DNA from: Macrostomum lignano
Lineage: Eukaryota
Assembly (NCBI GenBank): GCA_002269645.1
Contig: NIVC01004724.1
Coordinates: 1 to 37,015 of the forward strand
Reading direction: 5' to 3'
Length of the DNA: 37,015 bases
Shown here piece after piece: positions 1-8,697 of this stretch; position 1 is the stretch's first letter; the number at the start of each line of letters is the position of its first letter. Position numbers and translations under genes: made by a program. Under the pieces are notes generated by a model. The model had not been told where the DNA came from. It saw nothing but the letters and a program-made list of their open reading frames with translations, and did not search any database.

Positions 1-660
1 AAATGCATGAATTTTTAGTGATTGCGCACAACTTTTCCCTATCTCTGTAGTGTATTTTCTTTCCATGGGGGGTGGGAGCGTTCTCAGCTGGCTGCGTGTG
101 TACACTTGGACCCTGGCTCACTGGCTGACTTTATAGATAATTGCGCAATGATATGGCTACTGATAAGTTTTCCTGCCTTTCAATGGGCAGTCCTGTGTAT
201 TTGTTGGACATTGAAATTCAATGCATCAACTTGCAAGCAGGCAGTGAACGTACACTCGATACTTCAATGCTATAAATCAGACAGTTTCAAACGCTAACTG
301 TTCCTCGAGTTTTAAACTTTGAGAGAGAAACTTATATTGCTGGCAAGATCTTGCAACGCTGAGTTCGGGGATATAAGTTGTTTGCTTTAAATATGAAAAG
401 AAAAAGCACAGCATTTGAAAAACTATTTCCATACTTTTAACTTTCTGCAAAGATTGTACTTTAATCTGCAAAGATTGTTGGGGGGAGGGTTCAACTTCTC
501 ACTGCTGTGTGTATTGGAGGGTTGATTTAGATTGCGCAATGTTTTTGTTAACTTTACCTGAGGCTGATACTGACTGACTGTGAAATCGGTTGCGCAATGA
601 ATTGATTTAATTAGTTCAATATTTTTATCTGTGCCTTTTAACACGAAGCTGTGCGTAGTT

Positions 661-689
661 CTAACCCTAACCCTAACCCTAACCTAACC
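661..689 (+). repeat. Interstitial telomere-like (TAACCC)n tract
   Basis: ctaaccctaaccctaaccctaacctaacc. Confidence 0.9.
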
Positions 690-940
690 AATGAATCCGG
701 AGAGTTGAGTTGTTTGACGGAAAAAATTCGATTGAGTCCAGTTTAGCGGAGACGATTTCAATGTTTTAATTTGACGGAGAGGATTTCTGTTTCGTGGAGA
801 GGATTTCGATGGTGTTCAGTTTCACGGAGAGGATTTTGATGATGTTCAGCCTCACGGAGAGGATTTCTGTTTCGCGGAGATAATTAATGATGATTCTGCT
901 TTATGGAGACGATTTTGATGGATTTAAGTTTCAAGGAGAG

Positions 941-1090
941 GATTTCGAAGGAGTCCAGTTTCACGGAGAGGATTTCGAAGGAGTCCAGTTTCACGGAGAG
1001 GATTTCGAAGGAGTCCAGTTTCACGGAGAGGATTTCGAAGAGTCCAGTTTCACGGAGAGGATTTCGAAGGAGTCCAGTTTCACGGAGAGG
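941..1090 (+). repeat. 30-bp minisatellite, 5 near-perfect copies (GATTTCGAAGGAGTCCAGTTTCACGGAGAG)
   Basis: Direct tandem copies (one is 29 bp); this explains the FEGVQFHGED repeats in ORF 887..1183. Degenerate versions occur in every unit. Confidence 0.95.
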
Positions 1091-2201
1091 ATTCGATGGT
1101 TTCAGTTGTACGGACAGGATTTCTGCTTCGCGGAGAAGATCTTGATAGATTTGGCATCTTCAATCAGTCAGAGAAGAGAGTAAAGAGAAGAATGAAAAGA
1201 GAAGAGAGATGAGATGAGATGGTAGAAAACAGAGTAGAAATGAGACTTGAGAAATTGTCCCCTCTTTTCTGCTTGGAGCTGAAAATTTGCATGAATTTCA
1301 AGTGATTGCGCCACAACTTTTCCCTATCTCTGCAGTGTATTTTCTCTCCAGTGGGGGGATGGGGCGTTCTAAATGGCTGCCTGTGTACAATCGGACCCTG
1401 GCTCACTGGCTGACTGTATAGACAATTGCGCAAAGATTTGTGTTCTAATTTTCAATAGGCAGCCCTGTGATTTTGTTGAACCTTGAAATTCAATGCATAA
1501 ACTTGCGGGCCTCTTTAGCAGGCAGTGAACGTACAATCGATATTTCAATGCTTTAAATCAGAAAGTTTCAAACGCAAACTGTTGCTCGAGTTTTTAACTT
1601 TGAGAGAAAAATTTATATTGCTGGAAAGAACTTGCAAAGCTGATTTCAGGGATATAAATTGTTTGCTTCAAATATGAAAACTAAAAGCTCTGCATTGCAA
1701 AAACTATTTCCATACTTTAAACTTTCTGCAAAGATTGTACTCATTTTGGCGAAGGTGAGAGATAAAGTTGGGGGTTTCGACTTAGGCTAATACTGAGGCT
1801 AATACGCAGGGCCGATAATAAAAAAGCTAACCAATTGAATCAATTGATTGCGCAATATATTTCTGTGTTAGTCAGTATAAGTCTCAGTTAAAGTTAACAC
1901 AAAGTTTGCGCAATCTAATCAACCCTCCAATACAAAGCAACTGACCCCCTTCCTATACACATTGGACGGCTGATTTAGATTGCGCAATCTTTTTGTTAAC
2001 TTTACTGAGACTGATTCTGACTGACTGTGAAATCGGTTGCGCCATCAATTTGTTATTATCTGTGCCTTTCAATAGGCTGCCCTGTGTAGTAGCCGGCCTG
2101 TGTAATGAATGAATAGACTTGCGAGCCTCTTTGGTAGGCAGTGAACGTACACTCGATGTTTCAATGCTTTAAAACGGGAACTTTAAAACGCTAACTGCTC
2201 T

Positions 2202-2280
2202 TCCTATATACTAAAAATGGTCTGTCTGTGTCTATGTGATCGATTAGAGAAAAATGGCTGGACCGATTTTGTTCGAACTT
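2202..2280 (+). other. Helitron-type 5' terminus (TC, TATA-rich, TCTG microsatellite, GGCTGGACCGATTTT)
   Basis: The layout resembles the 5' ends of invertebrate non-autonomous Helitrons as I recall them; not database-checked. Confidence 0.75.
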
Positions 2281-2820
2281 GCACTGTTCGATCAGAAATT
2301 TTCCTGTGACTGTACATGCATCGTGGCTAAGAAATTGCTCGATGCTAAAGGCATTAAATATTCGAAAAACATGCTTTTTTGCAAAGGTCAAGCAAACTTT
2401 TCGACTTGAAATGTATTGTAGCTCGTAAGAATGCTAGAGAAAAAAACTGACTGGTTGAATTCTGATTCTGAAATAGATTGCATCATAACTGAATTGTAAC
2501 TTCGACTTGAATTGAAAATGCAGTGTGAAGCGTAGCACCAGACTTGATTTAAATTGCGTAACCATATTGTTAACTGATACTGACTGACTGAGAAACTGAT
2601 TATGTCATAACTGCTTCGTGTGATTTACTCTATGCTTGGATTTTAGAGTGTTGAATTATATAAGTGAAAAATTTGATGATATCAAAACGATGAGAGCTAG
2701 CCTAGAGGTGAACAAATTGAACTGCTAAATGCAGCGACGATGGTTCGAAATTTCATAGTGTATAATTTTTTTAATTAAAGCTTTTCAACATCAGGAAAAC
2801 TAAAAGACTTTTTAAAAAGA

Positions 2821-4215
2821 ATCGTCATGTGAAAATCATAGAAGCGTCATGTAAAAAATCGTAGAAGCGTCATTTAAAAAATCATAGAAGCATCATGTAA
2901 AAATCGTAGAAGCGTCATTTAAAAAATCATAGAAGCGTCATATAAAAATCATAAATGCGTCATTTAAAGAATCATTGAAGCGTCATGTAAACAATCATAG
3001 AAGCGTCATGTAAACAATCATAGAAGCGTCATGTAAAAAATCATATCTAAGAGTCTTGTAAAAAATCGAAGCGTCATGTAAATAATCATAGAAGCGTCAT
3101 GCAAACAATCGTAGAAGCGTCATATAAAAATCATAGAAGCGTCATGTAAAAAATCATACAAGCGTCATGTAAAAAAGTATAGAAGCGTCATGTAAACAAT
3201 CATAAAAGCGTCATGTAAACAATCGTAGAAGCGTCATATAAAAATCATAGAAGCGTCATTTAAAAAATCATAGAAGCGTCATGTAAACAATCATAGAAGC
3301 GTCATGTAAAAAAGTCATAGAAGCGTCATGTAAACAATCATAGAAGCGTCCTGTAAACAATCATAGAAGCGTCATGTAAAAATCATAGAAGCGTCATGTA
3401 AAAAATCATAGAAGCGTCATGTAAACAATCATAGAAGTGTCATGTGAAAATCATAAAAGCGTCATTTCAAAATCATGGAAGCGTCATTTAAAAAATCATG
3501 GAAGCGTCATATAAAAATCATGGAAGCGTCATATAAAAATCATAGAAGCGTCATTTAAAAAATCATGGAAGCGTCATATAAAAATCATAGAAGCGTCATT
3601 TAAAAAATCATAGATGCGTCATGTAAAAAATCATAGAAGCGTCATGTAAACAATCATAGAAGTGTCATGTGAAAAATCGTAGAAGCTTCATTTTAAAATC
3701 ATGGAAGCGTCATTTAAAAAATCATAGAAGCGTCATGTAAAAAATCATAGAAGCGTCATGTAAAAAATCATAGGAGCGTCATGTAAACAATCATAGAAGC
3801 GTCATGTAAACAATCATAAAGCGTCATGTAAACAATCATAGAAGCGTCATGTAAAAAATCAGAGAAGCGTCATGTAAACAATCATAAAAGCGTCAAGTAA
3901 ACAATCATAAAAGCGTCATGTAAACAATCATAGAAGCGTCATGTAAACAATCATAAAAGCGTCATGTAAACAATCATAGAAGCGTCATGTAAAAAATCAG
4001 AGAAGCGTCATGTAAACAATCGTAAAAGCGTCATTTAAAAAATCATAGAAGCGTCATATAAAAATCATAGAAGCGTCATGTAAAAAATCATAGAAGCGTC
4101 ATGTAAAAAATTATAGAAGCGTCATGTAAAAATCATAGAAGCGTCATGTAAAAAATCATAGAAGCGTCATATAAAAATCATAGAAGCGTCAAGAAAAAAT
4201 CATAGAAGCCTCATT
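2821..4215 (+). repeat. 22-23 bp minisatellite, roughly 60 copies (core AATCATAGAAGCGTCAT + GTAAAC/GTAAAA/TTAAAA/ATAAA)
   Basis: Direct tandem copies with no unique spacers; they degenerate toward ~4310. Confidence 0.96.
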
Positions 4216-5114
4216 TAAAAACTAATGAAAGTGTCATTTAAAAAATTAAGAAGCATCATGGTAGAATAAAAGAAGCGTCATGTCAGACATGAAGGGTGTC
4301 ATGTAAAAATTAAATGCAGCTATAATGCTGTGCTGGGAGAAAAACTGAGACGTAAAGGCTCTCAGAGAATAACTGACATTACGGGGGGGGGTTCTGAGAT
4401 GTCAAAGCAAAAGTCAGAAGCTACTTCAAAGTTCATGTACTTTACTCAATTTTTTTGTTGCATTCTTTGTTGGCTCGCCACGGGGGGGTCGCTGATAGAA
4501 GAAGAGTCATGTAAAAAATAAAAGTAGCACTATGTATACATAAAAGAAAAGTCATGTCGAAGTTAAAAGATTCATTTGGGAATTGCTACGATGTCAAAGC
4601 TAGGTGGAAATCGTTATAGTGCTGTGATTCTTAAAGAAGGAATCACTAAAATGTCAAGGCTTAGGGGAGAAGAATTGCTGAGATTTCAAGGCTTTAGGTT
4701 GGGTTAAAGTTAGGTTTAGGTCAAGTGTGGGTTGAGGGTTATATTTTATCGGGTTTCAAGGTTAACAGAATAACAGGGGATTTTTTAGATTTCAAGGTTT
4801 ATGGGGGCCATCGCTGACATGTTAAGGCTTACGGGGGAATAGCTGAGATGTCAAGGCTCACGGGGTATAAATGAGATTTCAAGGCTAAAGCCAGAAGCTA
4901 CATGTAGTTTATTGAAAACTTTTTATTACATTATTTGATGCCTCCTCAGGGGAGGGATCGCTGATAAAAAAAGCGTAATGTAAAAAATAAAAGAAGCTTC
5001 ATGTCGAAGTTAAGAGATTCATTTGGGAATCCCTACGATGTCGAGGCTTGCAGGGAATCGCTATAATGCTGTAGTAGTGCTATAATGACTCAGAATTACT
5101 GAAATTTCAATGTT

Positions 5115-5192
5115 TTAGGGTTAGGTTAGGTTAGGGTTAGGGTTAGGGTTAGGCTAGGGTTAGGGTTAGGGTTAGGCTAGGGTTAGGGTTAG
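5115..5192 (+). repeat. Degenerate (TTAGGG)n tract inside the nested element
   Basis: Mixture of TTAGGG, TTAGG and CTAGGG units, in the opposite orientation to the host TAACCC tracts. Confidence 0.92.
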
Positions 5193-5384
5193 AAGGTTGA
5201 CAGTTTTTAGATTTCCAAGGCTTATTGGGGGCATTGCTGTGATGTCAAGGGGGGAAGTTGATAACTTAAAGCTTGTGGGGGGGAATTACTGACATGTCAA
5301 GGCTTACAAGGTTTGACAGGAGATTTTTTTAAGATTTCAAGGATACATGTAGCTTATTAAAAAAACGTGTATTGCATTTCTTTG

Positions 5385-5413
5385 GCTCCCCAACGGGGGG
5401 CGTAGATTGCTAG
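5385..5413 (+). other. Helitron 3' terminus: GCTCCCC-AAC-GGGGGGC hairpin, 8-nt spacer, CTAG
   Basis: 7-bp stem with one G:T pair, then GTAGATTG, then CTAG at 5410-5413. The following T belongs to the target. Confidence 0.85.
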
Positions 5414-5780
5414 TCGAGTTCTAAACTTTAAGAGAAGAGACTTATACTGCTGAAAAGATCTTGCAACACTGAGTTCGAGGGTGTAAGTTTTTTGCTTTAA
5501 ATATGAAAAGAAAAGCACAGCATTTAAAAAACTATTTCCATACTTTTACTTTCTGCAAAGATTGTACTCAGTTTTGCGAGACGTAATAGATAAAGTTGGG
5601 GGGAGGGTTCAACTTCTCACTGCTGCTGTGTATTGGAGGGTTGATTTAGATTGCGCAATCATTTTGTTAACTTTAACTGAAACTGATACTGTCTGACTGT
5701 GAAATCGATTGCGCAATGAATTGATTCAATTAGTTCAATATTTTAATCAGTGCCTTTTAACACGAAGCTGTGCGTAGTTC

Positions 5781-5815
5781 TAACCCTAACCCTAACCCTA
5801 ACCCTAACCCTAACC
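5781..5815 (+). repeat. Interstitial telomere-like (TAACCC)5 tract
   Basis: Five perfect hexamers plus TAACC. Confidence 0.92.
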
Positions 5816-6266
5816 AATGAACCCTGAGAGTTGAGTTGTTTGACGGAAAAAATTCGATAGAGTCCAGTATAGCGGAGACGATTTCAATGTTTTAATTTCA
5901 ACAGAGAGGATTTCTGTTTCGTGGAGAGGATTTCGAAGGAGTCCAGTTTCACGGAGAGGATTTCGATGGTTTTCAGTTGTACGGACAGGATTTTTCTGCT
6001 TCGCGGAGAGGATCTTGATGGATTTGGCATCTTCAATCAGTCAGAGAAGAGAGTAAAGAGAAGAATGAAAAGAGAAGAGAGAGAGAGAGGGTTTAGAGAG
6101 ACGATAGATAAGTGAGTAGAGATAAGATATGAGAGGAGAGAAGAGGGAGAGATAAAAGAGAAGAGAGGAGACACGAGACAGGAGAGGGTACAGACGAAAG
6201 AAGGGGTTGGGCTTGGGCTGAGTGTACATAGCAGTTGTACAGTGTAAACAGATAGACTGTGTCGAG

Positions 6267-8697
6267 ATTCAATTGGTTTTATTATTGGCGCCTTTTTTCT
6301 ATACGCAGCCCTGTGTATTAGTTTGGCAGTGAAATTCAATGAATTGCGAGCTTCTCTAGCAAGCAGTCGGGAAATCGGTAAATTTCAAACGCTAACTGTT
6401 CCTCGAGTTTTAAACTTTGAGAGGAGAAACTTATATTGCTGGATAGATCTTGCAACGCTGAGTTCGGGGATATAAATTGTTTACTTTAAATATGAAAAGA
6501 AAAAGCACAGCATTTGAAAAACAATTTCCATACTTTTAACTTTTTGCAAATATTGTACTCAGTTTTGCGAGACGTAATTGATAAAGTTGGGGGGAGGGTT
6601 CAACTTCTCACTACTGCTGTGGATTGGAGGGTTGATTTAGATTGCGCAATGTTTTTGTTAACTTTAACTGAGACTGACTCTGACTGACTGTGAAATCGGT
6701 TGCGCCATCAATTTGTTTCATTATCTGTGCCTTTTAATAGGCTGCCCTATGTAATAGCCGGCCTGTGTAATGAATGAATAAACTTGCGAGCCTCTTTGGC
6801 AGGCAGTGAACGTACACTCGATATTTCAAACGGGAACTTTCAAACGCTAACTGCTCTTCGAGTTCTAAACTTTAAGAGAAGAGACTTATACTGCTGAAAA
6901 GAAATAAATTGTTTGCTTTAAATATAAAGACTAAAAGCACAGCATACAAAAACTATTTCCATACTTTTAGCTTTCTGCAAAGATTGTACTCATTTTTACT
7001 TCAATGCCCCCAACAACCGGGTTCAATTTCTAACTGCCACTGCGTATTGAAAAGGGGTCTGCCTCTGTGTACTGGAGGGTTGATTGAAATTGCGCAATCT
7101 TTTTTTTAACTTTAACTGAGACTGATACTGACTGACTGAGAAATCGGTTGCGCAATGAATTGATTCAATTAGTTCAATATTTTTATCAATGCCTTTTAAC
7201 ACGAAGCTGTGCGTAGTTCTAACCCTAACCCTAACCAATGAATCCGGAGAGTTGAGTTGTTTGACGGAAAAAATTCGATTAAGTCAAGTTTAGCGGAGAC
7301 GATTTCAATGTTTTAATTTTGACGGAGAGGATTTCTGTTTCGTGGAGATAATTTATGATTAATTTCTGTTTAATGGAGACGATTTTGATGGATTTAAGTT
7401 TCAAGGAGAGGATTTCGAAGGAGTCCAGTTTCACGGAGAGGATTTCGATGGTTTTCATTTGCACGGACAGGATTTCTGCTTCGCGGAGAGGATCTTGATG
7501 GATTTGGCATCTTCAATCAGTCAGAGAAGAGAGTAAAGAGAAGAATGAAAAGAGAAGAGAGATGAGATGATAGAAAACAGAGTAGAAATGAGTGGAGAGA
7601 TTAGACATGACAGATGGGAGAGAAGAGGGGAGTAAGGCGGGAACGAAGGAGAGAGAAGAGAAGAGGAGAGAAGAGATGAAGGGAGAGGATATGAGAGAGG
7701 AGATATGAGATAGCAGAGAGGAGACAGGAGAGAGAAGAAAGGAGGGATAAGAGCGTACAGAGGCAATAGAAGAGAGAAAAGAGAAGAGAGAGGTTAGAGG
7801 TGAGAGAGAGAGACGAAAGATCAGAGATCAGAGATTTAAGAGAAGAAAGTAGTGAGGAGAAAGAAGAGGGTAAAGATGAGAGTGCAGAGAGGAGAGAAAC
7901 GAGAGGAGACAGGTGGTAGAAAGGAGTGTAAAAAACAGGAGATAAGAAAGGAGAGGGTGAGAGTGAGAGCATATAGGAAAGTGTAAAAGGGGAGCAGAGG
8001 AGAGAGAATAGATAAGTGAGTAGAGAAGAGATATGAGAGAGGAGAGATGAGAGATGGGATGAGAAGAGATGCGTGAGAACATAAGAGAGAAGAGATTAGA
8101 GATTAGAGAAGAGGAGAAGATGAAAGGAGAAAGGAGAGGAGAAAAAGAGAGAAGAGAAGAGACAGGGGATAGTGGAAAGGAGGAAAGAAAGATGGGAGAT
8201 AAGAAAGTAGAGTGTGAGAGCGTATATGAGATATGAGAAATGAGAGCAGAAAGGAGAGAGAGGGTAAAAAGAGACGATAGATAAGTGAGTAGGGATGACA
8301 TATGAGAGAGGAGAGAAGAGGGAGAGAGAAGAGAGAAGAAAATAGACAGGAGACAGAAGTGAAGAGGAGAGATATGAGAGAAGAGAGGAGACAAGAGACA
8401 GGAGAGGGTACACACGAAAGACGAGGGAGAAGAGATACATAACGGAGTAGGGGTAGGGATAAGATGAGAGAGAGGAGAGAGAAGAGAGTCACGATAAAAA
8501 TGCGAAGAGAGGAGAGAAAAGATATGAGACTTGAGAGTCTTTGAGCTATGGTCTTTGAAATGTTTTGTAAAGAATTTGGAGACAATTTGGAAGATAGGGT
8601 TCAAGACATAGAATTTCAGTTGATGGATATTTCAGGGAATGGAATTCCGGTGATGGGAGTTCTTCCCCTTTCTCCTCCGAAGGAGGATTTCCACTCG
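6267..8697 (+). repeat. 5'-truncated array unit (two B modules, TAACCC 7220-7236, long GA tract, intact 3' module)
   Basis: Begins mid-module after the 6201-6266 filler and ends at the first full junction, CCACTCG|TCTATC. Confidence 0.8.
7520..8535 (+). repeat. GA-rich polypurine low-complexity tract (representative; one per unit)
   Basis: Strongly purine-biased + strand of GAGA/GAAGAG/GGAGAG motifs. Equivalents at about 10050-10755, 12254-12958, 14454-15157, 16668-17735, 19450-20105, 21494-22203, 23856-24965, 26455-26628, 28305-29310, 31289-31990, 33795-34450 and 36412-36720. Confidence 0.95.

Larger units (their letters stand above)
1..1252 (+). repeat. Partial array unit (module A, B, TAACCC, 30-bp minisatellite, truncated GA tract)
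   Basis: Matches the internal part of the complete units. The GA tract stops at ~1244 and the hairpin/junction module is absent. Confidence 0.85.
2202..5413 (+). mobile_element. Non-autonomous Helitron-like element (3212 bp) nested in module B
   Basis: Starts TCCTATATACTAAAAATGGTCTGTCTGTG and ends hairpin-GTAGATTG-CTAG. Flanks GCTAACTGCTCT and TCGAGTTCTAAAC rejoin exactly to the empty site seen at 6857/6858, 18940/18941, 27749/27750 and 33187/33188. No TSD; no Rep/helicase ORF. Confidence 0.88.
4320..5413 (+). repeat. Three diverged 3'-end-like blocks (~450-470 bp period) with internal ~30-bp GGGGAATTGCTGAGATGTCAAGGCTT-like subrepeats
   Basis: TCGCTGATA at 4489 and 4958. (A/G)TCAGAAGCTAC-like motifs at ~4411 and ~4890. 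CATGTA...TTGCATT...GCTC blocks end in C-rich/G-rich hairpin-like motifs at 4472-4488, 4941-4955 and 5385-5401. Confidence 0.75.
1253..6200 (+). repeat. Rearranged array unit carrying an inversion (1798-1960) and the nested element (2202-5413)
   Basis: Module A starts at 1253. The B module is interrupted at 2201 and resumes at 5414. TAACCC at 5781-5815; GA tract truncated at ~6200. Confidence 0.8.

Noticed and set aside
22-297. Recurrent ORF ...MIWLLISFPAFQWAVLCICWTLKF...
   Set aside because: It recurs only because module A/B repeats. Starts vary, it is broken in other variants, and I recognise no family.
941-1090. Heat-shock element arrays as in nematode Helitrons
   Set aside because: The repeat has TTCGAA with no spacer, not the nGAAnnTTCn arrangement.
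887-1183. ORF with FEGVQFHGED repeats and related MQLKTIEILSVKL ORFs
   Set aside because: Direct translation of the 30-bp minisatellite on either strand.
1284-1292. Octamer motif ATTTGCAT in one module-A variant
   Set aside because: Present in only one subtype, with no associated snRNA or promoter elements; consistent with chance.
2821-4215. CRISPR-like regular short repeats
   Set aside because: Contiguous tandem units without unique spacers, no cas genes, and a eukaryotic repeat context.
5115-5192. True telomere or chromosome end
   Set aside because: Short, degenerate and internal to an element with defined ends. All TAACCC tracts are likewise under 40 bp and at a fixed position in the unit.
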